Assembly (NCBI GenBank): GCA_963629655.1
Contig: CAVGKI010000001.1
Coordinates: forward strand, 1 to 61,166
Source: Butyricicoccaceae bacterium
Lineage (GTDB): Bacteria; Bacillota; Clostridia; Oscillospirales; Oscillospiraceae
Direction of reading: 5' to 3'
DNA length: 61,166 bases
Shown: piece by piece, positions 9,773-19,225 of the stretch
Numbering within the stretch: position 1 is the first letter of the stretch
Layout of the letters: each line of letters opens with the position of its first letter
Translations under genes and position numbers: made by a program
Notes under the pieces: model-generated
Database searches by the model: none
What the model was told of the DNA's origin: nothing
What the model saw: the letters and a program-made list of their open reading frames with translations, nothing else

Positions 9773-10252
9773 TTATTCTTCGCGACGGAAATCTCCGTGC
9801 ACGCCGCCGGTCTTGCCAAGAAGGCGTATGTCGGTGATGACCATATCCTTCTGCACCGCCTTGCACATGTCGTACACCGTCAGCGCCGCCGCGCTCACCG
9901 CGCTCAGCGCCTCCATCTCCACGCCCGTGCGCCCCGCGCAGGACACCGCCGCGCGTATCTCCACGCTGCACCGCGCCTCGTCGAGCGAGAGCGAGAGGTC
10001 TATCCCGTCGATGAGCACGGGGTGGCACATGGGGATAAGCTCCGGCGTGCGCTTCGCGCCCATCACGCCCGCGACCTGCGCCACGGTCAGCACGTCGCCC
10101 TTTTTCATTCCGCCGCTTTTGATGAGCGCAAATGTCGTCTCGTTGACGAGCACGCGCCCTGCGGCGACAGCCGTGCGCACGCTCTCCGGCTTCTCGCCGA
10201 CATTTACCATCTTGGCTCTCCCCTGCTCGTTGAAATGTGTGAAATCCTGCAT
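9773..10252 (-). CDS. moaC: Cyclic pyranopterin monophosphate synthase MoaC (no other moa/moe genes in this window)
   Basis: FTHFNEQGRAKMVNVGEK...GDVLTVAQVAGVMGAKRTPELIPMCHP...GVEMEALSAVSAAALTVYDMCKA. Start set at Met20 (ATG at 10252), which lies downstream of a consensus promoter. Confidence 0.88.
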   Translation of the reverse strand: MQDFTHFNEQGRAKMVNVGEKPESVRTAVAAGRVLVNETTFALIKSGGMKKGDVLTVAQVAGVMGAKRTPELIPMCHPVLIDGIDLSLSLDEARCSVEIRAAVSCAGRTGVEMEALSAVSAAALTVYDMCKAVQKDMVITDIRLLGKTGGVHGDFRREE

Positions 10253-10280
10253 CTTGCCGCCCTCCCCTGCTCTGCCCGAA

Positions 10281-10309
10281 ATTATATTCTCTGCGCGCCG
10301 TGCTGTCAA
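10281..10309 (-). promoter_or_regulatory. Consensus sigma-A promoter for moaC
   Basis: Minus strand reads TTGACA, 17 nt, TATAAT, about 28 nt upstream of the moaC ATG. The -35 sits inside a 10-bp inverted repeat (10291-10300 / 10314-10323). Confidence 0.6.
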
Positions 10310-10445
10310 GCAGCGGCGCGCAGTTCATTTTCGCCCATTTCTCACCGCAAAGAAATATATTTTTACAGCGCGTAGCGACAGCCTTTTATGAATTACATAA
10401 CTATAATAATTATTAACTTATGTAAACCTAAGTGGAGGGTTGAAA

Positions 10446-12776
10446 ATGCAAACAGGAGGTCTGGGTAAGCTGGCGGAGCTCACCGGCGCGCCGGCGCGGC
10501 GGCGGGTAGACCCGCGGTTTTATATGGCGGCACGCTGTGCGGCGTACATGGGGCTTGGCATGATGATGTCGTGCGCGCGTGTCGGCGGCGGAGGCGCGCC
10601 GCTGGGAATGGCAATGGTGGCATGCTCCGGCGCGGGACTGAGCGGGGTGTTCGCGCTTGTGGGCGCGTCGCTGGGCTATGTGCTCAGCGGCGGCGTGGAA
10701 TGGGGCATACGCTACGTCGCCGCGTCGGTGCTCGTGTACACGGTGGCGTTCGTGTTTCAGGAGCTTGCGGCGTATAAGCAGGATTTTTTCATGCCGTGTG
10801 CCGCGGCGACGGTCATGGCGCTCACCGGCTTTCTCGGCAGCTTTTCCTCGGAAAGCGGGACAGTGCCGCTATATGCGCAGCTGCTGCTTGAAACGGCGCT
10901 CGCTTTCGGCGGCGCGTATTTCTTCCGCGCGGCGCTGTCGAACGACCCGCGCACCACGGAGACGGCGGAGCTGCGCCACAGCGTGTCGGCAATGATAATG
11001 GCGGCGTGCGCACTGATGAGCTTTGCGCGCGTGACAGTGGCGGGGACGGTGTCCGTCGGGCGCACGGCGGCGCTCGTGCTGGTGATGACCTCGGCGATGA
11101 GGGGCGGAATGCTCACGGGCGCGGCTGTCGGCACGGTGCTGGGGCTGGCGATGGATATGTCCGGCGCGCCTGCGCCGTTTTACACGATGGCGTATGCGTT
11201 CGCAGGGCTGCTCTCGGGCGTGTTCGGCAAGCACGGGCGTGTGATATTCGCGCTGTCGTTTATCCTCGGCATGGCGCTGGCTGTCGCATGCGCGTGGGAC
11301 GCGGAAAGGTGGATGTCCGTCGGGATAGAGACGGGCAGTGCCTGCGCGGTGTTCATGCTGCTGCCCGCGTCGTGGCTCAACGGCGCGGGGCTGATGCTGC
11401 AATACGTTGAGCGCGGCACGGGGGAGACGGGATTGCGGCGGTTCGTGGCGGGGCGCGTGAAGAACTTAAGCGAGGCATACGCCGACCTTGTCGAGACGGT
11501 GCGCAAAAACGTTGAGGAGCCGTATAACGACGAGAACATCGCGCGCGTGTTCGACCGCGCGGCGGACGAGGTGTGCATCCGATGCAGGTACAAAAACCGC
11601 TGCTGGAACACGGAATACATGGACACGCTCTCCGCCATGAACGATGCGACCGATGCCATGACAGAGCACGGCACGCTCACCGCGCTCGACCTGCCGGGGT
11701 ACTTCCGCGAGCGCTGTGAGGGAATGGAGGCGTTCGTCGCGGCGGTGAACGGCGAGCTGCGGGCGCTGTCCTATCGGCGGGCACTGAGGGCACACCTCAA
11801 GGAGAGCCGCAGCGTCGCATGGGAGGTCTACGGCGACATTGCGGAGGTGCTCTCGCGCGTGGCGGAGGAGCTGGGCAGTCTCAACGGCTCTGACCCGCTG
11901 GCGGAGCGGCGGCTCGTGCGCTATCTCAAGAGCCTTGACATCGACGCGGAGGCGGCGGTGTACCGCGACGGGAGCGGGCGTGTACGCGTGGTGATAGAGA
12001 GCGGACGGCTCACCCCGCTGACAAAGCACGCGGACTATCTCGAACGCCTCTCCTCCGTCGTCGGCGTTCGGCTGTGCCTGCCGACGGAGGAGGACGGCGC
12101 GCTATCGCGTCTGACGCTGCTGGAGGCGGAGCCGCTGGCGGTGTCGGTGGGCATCGCGGCGATGAAGAAGCGCGGGGAGAAGGTCAGCGGCGACAAGGGG
12201 ACGTACTTCAAGACCGACGAGGGCGTGCTGTGCGTCATTCTCTCCGACGGCATGGGCACGGGCGACGAGGCGGCGCGCGACAGCGGCGAGGTCGTCGCCA
12301 TACTTGAAAAATTCCTGCGCTCCGGCGTTGACCCCGCCGCCGCGATGAAGATACTCAACTCCGTCATGCTGCTGAAAAGTCAGGATAGCTGGGGCTATGC
12401 CACAGTCGATTTGATGTGCGTCGATCTCTTCACCGGGGATACGAGCTTTTATAAATACGGCGCTGCGCCCTCGTATGTCAGCTCGCCCAAGGGCGTGCAC
12501 CGCATAAAGGGCGAGACGCTTGCCGCAGGACTGGACACCGGGGAGGGGACAGCGCCGGACATCGTGCGCATGCGTCTCAAGCCGGGGTGCACCGCCGTCA
12601 TCGCCTCGGACGGCGTGATAGTCGACACGGACGACGAGTGGATAAAAAATCTGCTCGGCAAGGGCTTTGAGGACATGAAGGCGCTCGCGCGCTCGACGCT
12701 GAAGGAGGCAGAAAAGCTCTACGGCGCGAACGACGACATGACGGTCGTGACCGTGCGGGTGGAGGAGCGCGTATGA
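10446..12776 (+). CDS. spoIIE: Stage II sporulation protein E (polytopic membrane domain plus C-terminal PP2C phosphatase)
   Basis: About 10 N-terminal TM helices, a central regulatory region and a C-terminal PP2C block (KVSGDKGTYFKTDEGVLCVILSDGMGTGDEAARDS...VIASDGV...DDMTVVTV). ATG at 10446 lies 6 nt after GGAGGG; the ORF track starts at TTG 10440. Confidence 0.9.
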   Translation: MQTGGLGKLAELTGAPARRRVDPRFYMAARCAAYMGLGMMMSCARVGGGGAPLGMAMVACSGAGLSGVFALVGASLGYVLSGGVEWGIRYVAASVLVYTVAFVFQELAAYKQDFFMPCAAATVMALTGFLGSFSSESGTVPLYAQLLLETALAFGGAYFFRAALSNDPRTTETAELRHSVSAMIMAACALMSFARVTVAGTVSVGRTAALVLVMTSAMRGGMLTGAAVGTVLGLAMDMSGAPAPFYTMAYAFAGLLSGVFGKHGRVIFALSFILGMALAVACAWDAERWMSVGIETGSACAVFMLLPASWLNGAGLMLQYVERGTGETGLRRFVAGRVKNLSEAYADLVETVRKNVEEPYNDENIARVFDRAADEVCIRCRYKNRCWNTEYMDTLSAMNDATDAMTEHGTLTALDLPGYFRERCEGMEAFVAAVNGELRALSYRRALRAHLKESRSVAWEVYGDIAEVLSRVAEELGSLNGSDPLAERRLVRYLKSLDIDAEAAVYRDGSGRVRVVIESGRLTPLTKHADYLERLSSVVGVRLCLPTEEDGALSRLTLLEAEPLAVSVGIAAMKKRGEKVSGDKGTYFKTDEGVLCVILSDGMGTGDEAARDSGEVVAILEKFLRSGVDPAAAMKILNSVMLLKSQDSWGYATVDLMCVDLFTGDTSFYKYGAAPSYVSSPKGVHRIKGETLAAGLDTGEGTAPDIVRMRLKPGCTAVIASDGVIVDTDDEWIKNLLGKGFEDMKALARSTLKEAEKLYGANDDMTVVTVRVEERV

Positions 12777-13153
12777 TAGAGCGTATACGCCGGGGGATAT
12801 TTGAGCTTCTTGACGCGCTGTCCGCGCGCCGCTGCCGCCGGAGGCAAAAAAAGCCCCGCCGCGCGCCGCTGCGCGGCGCACTGCGGGGGAATATGCGCAA
12901 TGTCATTGTTGTGCACCCGCCGGAGGGGATGTTCTCCGAGGCGGTGTTCATCCTGCGCGATGATTACTTTGCCCGAACAGGTGTCAGCCGCGAGGCGCTC
13001 ATGCAGCAGGCGCGCGAGGCGGCGGAGGAGTACACCCGCACGGCGCTGCCGGAGAGTGCGGGCGGCGCGGCGCTCATCGCGCGCATCGCTGTGCTCGTGC
13101 TCATCGCCGCCGCGGCGGCGCTTGCGCTGTGGCTGACGGGGGCAATAGGCTGA
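12773..13153 (+). CDS. Hypothetical small protein with an Arg-rich N-terminus and a C-terminal TM helix, translationally coupled to spoIIE
   Basis: ATGA start/stop overlap with spoIIE. Third-codon positions are strongly G/C as in neighbouring genes. C-terminus LIARIAVLVLIAAAAALALWLTGAIG. I do not recognise the family. An alternative start is at MRNVIVVHPP. Confidence 0.5.
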   Translation: MIERIRRGIFELLDALSARRCRRRQKKPRRAPLRGALRGNMRNVIVVHPPEGMFSEAVFILRDDYFARTGVSREALMQQAREAAEEYTRTALPESAGGAALIARIAVLVLIAAAAALALWLTGAIG

Positions 13154-13160
13154 GGCGACA

Positions 13161-13964
13161 CTAATATACAAATATTTGTACCCATGACAGTCCAAACTCA
13201 TCGTTCGGCGCGACGGACAGAGCCACACCCTTGGCATTGGCGTTGAGAATGAGCGCGCGGTGTCCCTCGGAGTTCATGAACGCCTCCATCGCCATCTCCG
13301 CCGTCGGCGGACCGAGAGTGTAATTCTCACCCGCCATAGTGTAGGTGATGCCAAGGTCGGCGAATACCGTGACCGCCTCGCGCCCGTCGGGGCGGTTGTG
13401 CTGCATATCGTAATACTCGTTCAGCTCCGCCGCACGCAGATCGGCGGCGGACTGAATATCGCTGCAGTAATATACCGCTGCCAGCCCCGCCGCCGCGCGT
13501 TCGGCATTGATGAGCTCGAACATCGTTTTTAACGACTCGTTGCCGGAGGAGGTGTCTATCGTGGGCGTGGGGTTGGTGACGCGCTCCTCCGTCGCGCCGC
13601 AGTATATGCACTCGCGCGTGTCAAGCCCGTTGGAGGTCGCCGTCGCCGCGACGACCGTGACCCACTCCCCGTAGGAATGCACGCACGCCGTGGCTGTCGG
13701 CGCGGCAGTGGGTGTGGCGGTCGGTGTGGCGGTCGGCGCTGTTGGCGCTGCGGCTGACGGCATGGGTGAGGCTGCGGTCTGCACCGCCGTCTCCGTCTTT
13801 GTCTCTGTCTCTATCTCCGCTGCTGCGGCGCGCATGGCGCGCAGCGTCCTTGCCCCGGAGGCAAACTGCCACGCCGCGATCGCGGCGCAGATGCAAGCAT
13901 ATATCACCAGCAGGACGGTGCCGACGGTGCGCCGCCTGCTATTTTTGCTGTCCAAGCATATCAC
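13161..13964 (-). CDS. Membrane-anchored CAP/SCP (YkwD-like) domain protein with a Pro/Thr/Ala linker
   Basis: N-terminal TM (VGTVLLVIYACICAAIAAW), linker APTAPTATPTATPTAAPTATA, and C-terminal CAP domain (LINAERAAAGL...NSEGHRALILN...). Confidence 0.75.
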   Translation of the reverse strand: MICLDSKNSRRRTVGTVLLVIYACICAAIAAWQFASGARTLRAMRAAAAEIETETKTETAVQTAASPMPSAAAPTAPTATPTATPTAAPTATACVHSYGEWVTVVAATATSNGLDTRECIYCGATEERVTNPTPTIDTSSGNESLKTMFELINAERAAAGLAAVYYCSDIQSAADLRAAELNEYYDMQHNRPDGREAVTVFADLGITYTMAGENYTLGPPTAEMAMEAFMNSEGHRALILNANAKGVALSVAPNDEFGLSWVQIFVY

Positions 13965-14038
13965 TTCTTTCCGCGTGTGTTTTTAATATAGCACATATAA
14001 GGAGAGAAAAAAAGAGGGCGGTTGTGAACAACGGCGCA

Positions 14039-14067
14039 TTGAAAAGCGTCGGTCGGCATGGTATACT
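14039..14067 (+). promoter_or_regulatory. Sigma-A-like promoter for the solute-binding protein gene
   Basis: TTGAAA, 17 nt, TATACT, with TG two nt upstream (extended -10). Confidence 0.5.
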
Positions 14068-14130
14068 CTCACTGGAAAACAACACGCAGCGTGTGCGGCG
14101 CATAAACAACGAGACGAGGTAAAGATAAAC

Positions 14131-15468
14131 ATGAAAAAATTGACGGCATTGGCGCTCATCCTTGCCCTGCTCTGCGGGCTGTGCGCCTGCGGGCAAAGCA
14201 CGGAGAGCGCACAAAACGCGCAGGAGGAGGTGCAGGAAACCTCTCTCCCCGCACCGAGCGAGAGCGCGGAGACAAGCGTGACGCTCAGCGTCGCCGCGGC
14301 GTATGACGGCGATGCCGACCGCGAGGGCTGCTACGGGCGCGCCATTGCCGCATATGAGCGCACGAGCGGCAGCACCGTCACGCTCCGCACGGGCGGCGGC
14401 GAGGAATGGGAGCGCGCGGTGATAGACGGCTTGAACGGCAGCGAGAGAGCTGACGTGCTGCTTCTCCCCGTCAAGGGCGAGAACGCGGCGCGGCTGACAG
14501 CGGGGGGCGCTGTCGTGTCGATAGAGACGGTGCGAGGCGAATACCCCGATTATGCCTCCAATATGAAGGACGGTATGCTGCCCGCCGCAGCCGACGGACA
14601 GCACTATGCCATCCCGACCGAGGGCGACTGGCTGCGGCTGTACGTCAACCGCAGCGTGCTGTACAACTGCGGCATAGACGAGCCGGGCAATGACTATACA
14701 TGGGCGCAGTTTATCACCGACTGCGGCACACTGCACGATAACGGCTACACGCCGCTCGCTTGTGCGCTCGGCACGACACCCGAGGGGCTTCTCGACTATC
14801 TTCTTTTCAACATCGGTGCGCCGCTTGAAGCCCCGACCACGGATGCGAGCGGGAAAACGGCGGAAAACGAGGCGTATGAGGGCTGGCTTGCTGTTCTTGA
14901 CGAGCTCACGGCGCTGTATAAGCGCGGCTTTTTCCCGCTCAACACGCTCACGGCTGAGAGCGGCACGGTGACGGATATGTTCGCCTACGGCGCGGCGGCG
15001 TTCCTCATCGGCGGCAGCACGGTCGCGGACTATCTCGCCGAGAGCTTCGGCGGCAGTCTGGACAATTACGCCGTTGTGTGCGTCCCCGCAGAGGGCGGGC
15101 GCGCAGCAGCGGACGCGATAGGCGGGTTTGAAACGGGCTGGTACATCACGCAGAGCGCGTGGAACGACCCTGCAAGGCGCGCTGCCGCCGTGGCGCTCGT
15201 CTCCGCCCTCACGGCGGACGCCGTGCTCGGCGAGCTTGTCACAACGCAGCTGACCGCGCTGAAAAACGCCGCGCAGCCTGCCGAGCTCAACGCGCTTGAG
15301 CGCTCCGCCTTTGAGGCGGGCGCGGCGCTCACCTCGCTCACCCCCTCCGTCTGGGACAGGTTCACGGATGAAGCGCATTCCGCCCTCGTCTCCGACCTCC
15401 CCGACCTCCTCAAGGGCAACACGACCGCCGAGCGTGTGCTGGCAAGCACCGCCACGGCGGGAAAATAA
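14131..15468 (+). CDS. Extracellular solute-binding lipoprotein (family 1, sugar type) with no adjacent permease or ATPase genes
   Basis: Lipobox LLCGLCAC at the N-terminus. 445 aa with an overall SBP_bac_1-like pattern. Confidence 0.7.
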   Translation: MKKLTALALILALLCGLCACGQSTESAQNAQEEVQETSLPAPSESAETSVTLSVAAAYDGDADREGCYGRAIAAYERTSGSTVTLRTGGGEEWERAVIDGLNGSERADVLLLPVKGENAARLTAGGAVVSIETVRGEYPDYASNMKDGMLPAAADGQHYAIPTEGDWLRLYVNRSVLYNCGIDEPGNDYTWAQFITDCGTLHDNGYTPLACALGTTPEGLLDYLLFNIGAPLEAPTTDASGKTAENEAYEGWLAVLDELTALYKRGFFPLNTLTAESGTVTDMFAYGAAAFLIGGSTVADYLAESFGGSLDNYAVVCVPAEGGRAAADAIGGFETGWYITQSAWNDPARRAAAVALVSALTADAVLGELVTTQLTALKNAAQPAELNALERSAFEAGAALTSLTPSVWDRFTDEAHSALVSDLPDLLKGNTTAERVLASTATAGK

Positions 15469-15478
15469 TGAAAATATG

Positions 15479-15521
15479 CACTCACCCGCGCGGTCGATGA
15501 CCGCGCGGGTGAGTGTTTTTT
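15479..15521 (+). terminator. Strong intrinsic terminator
   Basis: 17-bp perfect stem cactcacccgcgcggtc / gaccgcgcgggtgagtg followed by tttttt. Confidence 0.85.
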
Positions 15522-15570
15522 ATCTTGCTGCAGGAGAGATGCTTAAGGTTGGGAGGGTCGTTATCGGATA

Positions 15571-16764
15571 TCAGATAACGTTGTGTGCCTTCAGCGTCTC
15601 AAGGTCACCTTCGGTCAAGCCGAGCATTTCACCGTAAACTGCCTTGTTGTCCTGTCCGAGATCGGGTGCGCACTTGGATATGTCGGGCTTCGTGTCGAGA
15701 AGCTTGACGGGGTTGCCGGGGACGGTCATATCGCCGATAACGGGGTGGTGCATATGGATGAACATCTCGCGCGCGCCGGCGATGTGCTCGTCATTGACGA
15801 CATCGGCGAGCATATTGATGGGCGCGACGGGCACGCCTGCCGCGTCGATGAGGGAGACGCACTCGGCGATGGTGTGCTGGCTGCTCCACTTCTCTATTTC
15901 GGGCTTGAGCGCGGCGTGATTCTCGCAGCGGTGGATGTTGGTGTCAAAGCGCGGATCGGTCAGCAGATCCTCACGGTCGAGCACCTTGGTGCACAGCAGC
16001 GTGAAGAGCTTATCGTTGCCGCAGCCGATGACGAAGCGCCCGTCGCTTGCTTTGAATGCGTCATAGGGGAAAGCGGAGGCATAGCGGTTGCCGATGAGCT
16101 CGGGCTGCTTGCCGGAGGCAAAGAAGCGCTGCCAGCCGACCTCAAGGCTGGAAACAACGGAGTCGACCAGCGACACGTCCACGCGCTGACCGCGCCCGGT
16201 GACGTTGCGGGCGTTGATCGCCATGAGGATGCCTATCGTGAGGTTCATGCCGCCGAGCACGTCGCCCATCGCGTTGCCGACGCGCAGAGGCTGACCGCCC
16301 GCCTCGCCGGTGATGCTCATCAAGCCGGAGGTTGCCTGGGCGATAATGTCATAGCCGGGGCGCTTGTACTTCGGACCGTAGCAACCGAAGCCTGAGACGG
16401 CGGCGTAGATGATCTGGTCATTGACCTCCTTGAGCACGTCATAGCCAAGGCCGAGCTTGTCCATAACGCCGGGGCGGTAGTTCTCAACGACGACATCCGC
16501 CTTCTTGACCATCTCAAGGAACATCTTCTTGCCCTCTTCCTCCTTGAGGTTGAGGGTAATGCCCTTCTTGCCGCGGTTGACATATGCGTAGTACATGCTG
16601 TAATCGTTCTTCTTCGGACCCATGGCGCGGGTATCGTCGCCCTTGCCGGGAACCTCTATTTTTATCACGTTTGCGCCGTAGTCGGCGAGCATCATGGTGC
16701 AGTAGGGACCGGCGAGAACGCGGGTGAGATCGAGAACGGTGATATTGCTTAATGCCTTATCCAT
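15571..16764 (-). CDS. Family III (CaiB/BaiF-type) acyl-CoA transferase
   Basis: N-terminus ITVLDLTRVLAGPYCTMMLADYGANVIKIEVPGKGDDTR is the family III signature; 397 aa. Confidence 0.88.
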   Translation of the reverse strand: MDKALSNITVLDLTRVLAGPYCTMMLADYGANVIKIEVPGKGDDTRAMGPKKNDYSMYYAYVNRGKKGITLNLKEEEGKKMFLEMVKKADVVVENYRPGVMDKLGLGYDVLKEVNDQIIYAAVSGFGCYGPKYKRPGYDIIAQATSGLMSITGEAGGQPLRVGNAMGDVLGGMNLTIGILMAINARNVTGRGQRVDVSLVDSVVSSLEVGWQRFFASGKQPELIGNRYASAFPYDAFKASDGRFVIGCGNDKLFTLLCTKVLDREDLLTDPRFDTNIHRCENHAALKPEIEKWSSQHTIAECVSLIDAAGVPVAPINMLADVVNDEHIAGAREMFIHMHHPVIGDMTVPGNPVKLLDTKPDISKCAPDLGQDNKAVYGEMLGLTEGDLETLKAHNVI

Positions 16765-16836
16765 TTTTTTGAGCTCCTTTTTAATATTGATATGGGTGTG
16801 GCGGTGATACCGGGAATGCCGGTATCACCGATATTA

Positions 16837-18108
16837 TCAGCCGTGCAGCAGCGCGGCGATGGGGTTGTAGAACACGGCGCAGCAGATGGAGAGCGTCAGC
16901 AGAGCGATACCTGCCATGATGAAGAGCTGGATGAAGCGGCGGTTCTCCTCCTCCTTGCTGAGGTTGGGGATGGCAGTGCCGAGCGCCGCCATTGCAAGCG
17001 CGCCGCCGGTGGACAGTGGGGAAATACCGGCGAGAGAGCCGCCCGCGCCGACAGCCGCCATCAGTGCCACAGGGTTCACCCCTCCGACCTGCTCGGCTAT
17101 GCCTGCGCACATGGGCATCATCGTCGGGTACACAACGCCGAGCGCGGAGCTGACAAGGCTGAGCAGTCCGGCGGAAAGACCCATTATCGGGGTCGCGGTG
17201 GACTTCGTCATTATCGCGGACATGCCCTGGCTCATCAGGTCGATGCCGCCCATCTCGTTAACAATGTCAAGCAGCGCGCCGACGGCAAGAACCATGACGA
17301 TCGTGCCCCAGGGGAGCGCCTTTATCGCCTTGGAATCGTCCGCCACGCCCAGCAGGAACAGCAGACCCGCCACGCCGAACGCCGCAAGACCGATGTTGAC
17401 ATCGAAGAACACCAGCAGAATCATCATCAGCAGCACGCCGCACAGGGACATGATCTGCTTCGTGTTGAACTTGGGAAGGCTGTTTTTCTCGATGGGGTTG
17501 AGCGGGGTCTTGACCTTGTAGCCCTTGAAGAGCACCCACATGATGACGGAGTATATCATGGTGACGAGCGTCTGGCAGAGCAGGACAGTGCCCATAACGC
17601 CCTCAATGCCGGCATCGGCGGCAGCCTTGGTGATTATTGCCGCCTCGGGGGTTATCGGGGTCATACGCCCCGCCATAAGACCCGCCTCACCGATGAGCAC
17701 GAGCATTATCGGGTCGAAGCCGACCTCCACCGCGATGACGGCGGCAATAGCCGGGATGATGGCAAGCGCGGGGATAGCGCCGGGGCCGACACCGGCAACG
17801 ATGAAGCCGGCGATGTAGACCGCGATGGGGATTATCCACATACGGTTGCCCGCGAGGGCGATTATCTTGCGCGCGAGAAGGTCGAGCGCGCCCGTCTGCG
17901 TGACGGCAGCGAAGAGAAGCGTGATACCCACGAGGGTGGTGAACATTGACGAGCTTATGCCGGCAATGAGCTGCTTGTCGGTCATGCCGAATATTCTCAC
18001 GGCGATAACGCCCACAGCGAGCGCCACCACGCCGACGTTGACCTTGCGGAAGAACGCAAGGAGGATAACGCCGATAAACAGAAGCAGGGAAATTACATCA
18101 AGTGCCAT
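16837..18108 (-). CDS. Polytopic anion permease of the ion-transporter superfamily (CitMHS/ArsB/DASS-like); substrate unknown
   Basis: 423 aa, about 11-12 hydrophobic helices with a two-halves architecture. Family assignment is by general appearance only. Confidence 0.6.
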   Translation of the reverse strand: MALDVISLLLFIGVILLAFFRKVNVGVVALAVGVIAVRIFGMTDKQLIAGISSSMFTTLVGITLLFAAVTQTGALDLLARKIIALAGNRMWIIPIAVYIAGFIVAGVGPGAIPALAIIPAIAAVIAVEVGFDPIMLVLIGEAGLMAGRMTPITPEAAIITKAAADAGIEGVMGTVLLCQTLVTMIYSVIMWVLFKGYKVKTPLNPIEKNSLPKFNTKQIMSLCGVLLMMILLVFFDVNIGLAAFGVAGLLFLLGVADDSKAIKALPWGTIVMVLAVGALLDIVNEMGGIDLMSQGMSAIMTKSTATPIMGLSAGLLSLVSSALGVVYPTMMPMCAGIAEQVGGVNPVALMAAVGAGGSLAGISPLSTGGALAMAALGTAIPNLSKEEENRRFIQLFIMAGIALLTLSICCAVFYNPIAALLHG

Positions 18109-18150
18109 TAACTTGTTCCTCTCGTTTCTTTATGTATTAAATACGTGTAA

Positions 18151-19050
18151 TCAGCAGCAGGGGGTCTTGGTGGTGATGTTCTGCTGGTGTCCGCTGTATA
18201 TGCCGTCGACGAAGCTCTTCTGGTGCTTTGCCGCAGCGAGCAGCTTTTCAAAGTCGATGCCGGTGTCATAGCCCATGCGCTCAAGCATGTAGACGAGGTC
18301 CTCCGTCGCGGTATTGCCGGACGCGCCGGGCGCGAACGGGCAGCCGCCCAAACCGCCGAGCGTGCTCTGCACCGTCGTGATGCCGCACTCGATCGCCGCG
18401 AGCGTGTTGACAAGTCCCATACCGCGCGTGTCGTGGATGTGTATCTGAAGCTCGCAGCCGGGCAGCGCCTCAAGCATGGCGGAGATGGTCTCGCGCACCT
18501 GCTTGGGGTCGGCAATGCCGATGGTGTCGGCAAGGCAGATGCTGCGGATGCCCATGTCGTAAACGCGCTTTGCAAAATCGACCGGCTTCTGGATGGGAGG
18601 GATGCCCTCGAACGGGCAGCCGAACACCGTCGCGAGCGACACGCAAATATCCGCCTGCGGGTAGGTGTCCATTATCTTCTGCAGCTCGGCAAGAGACTCC
18701 TCATGCGTGCGTCTGATGTTCGCCTTGTTGTGGCTCTCGCTGACGGAAATAACGTAGGAGATATTGGTGATACCGGCGTTCACGGCGTTCTCCACGCCTC
18801 TGAAGTTCGGCGCAAGCGCGTACAGCTTGTGCTCGGGGTACTTGGCGATGCATGCCTTTGCCAGTTCGGACGCATCCGCCATCTGCGGGATCGCCTTGGG
18901 GCTGACGAAAGAGGTGACCTCCATCTCCTGCACGCCGGCAGCAAACATCTCATCGATGAGTCCGAGCTTCTGCTCAAAGGTGAGCATCTGCTTGAGGTTC
19001 TGCCATCCGTCGCGCGGACCGACTTCCAAAACATTGATCTTCTTTGCCAT
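18151..19050 (-). CDS. Hydroxymethylglutaryl-CoA lyase family enzyme (HMGL-like)
   Basis: EVGPRDGWQN near the N-terminus and HIHDTRGMGLVNTLAAIECG...LGGLGGCPFAPGASGNTATEDLVYMLERMG closely match the HMG-CoA lyase signature. Confidence 0.88.
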   Translation of the reverse strand: MAKKINVLEVGPRDGWQNLKQMLTFEQKLGLIDEMFAAGVQEMEVTSFVSPKAIPQMADASELAKACIAKYPEHKLYALAPNFRGVENAVNAGITNISYVISVSESHNKANIRRTHEESLAELQKIMDTYPQADICVSLATVFGCPFEGIPPIQKPVDFAKRVYDMGIRSICLADTIGIADPKQVRETISAMLEALPGCELQIHIHDTRGMGLVNTLAAIECGITTVQSTLGGLGGCPFAPGASGNTATEDLVYMLERMGYDTGIDFEKLLAAAKHQKSFVDGIYSGHQQNITTKTPCC

Positions 19051-19107
19051 TGTTCGTTCTCCTTTGCTTAATAATTTGCTTAATAATTTGGGTTAATCTA
19101 TGCTTAT

Positions 19108-19135
19108 ATTTTATATGAATTTACGATTTTGTCAA
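19108..19135 (-). promoter_or_regulatory. Sigma-A-like promoter of the lyase-permease-CoA-transferase operon
   Basis: Minus strand reads TTGACA, 16 nt, TAAAAT. One TGCTTA repeat sits at the predicted transcription start. Confidence 0.45.
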
Positions 19136-19225
19136 TCAGTCTTATCGAAAACCGTGCATTTTCATAATTTCAGTCTCTTTAATTTAGCGTAATCCTCTAA
19201 TATTTGCTTAATTTCGTATCGCGTT

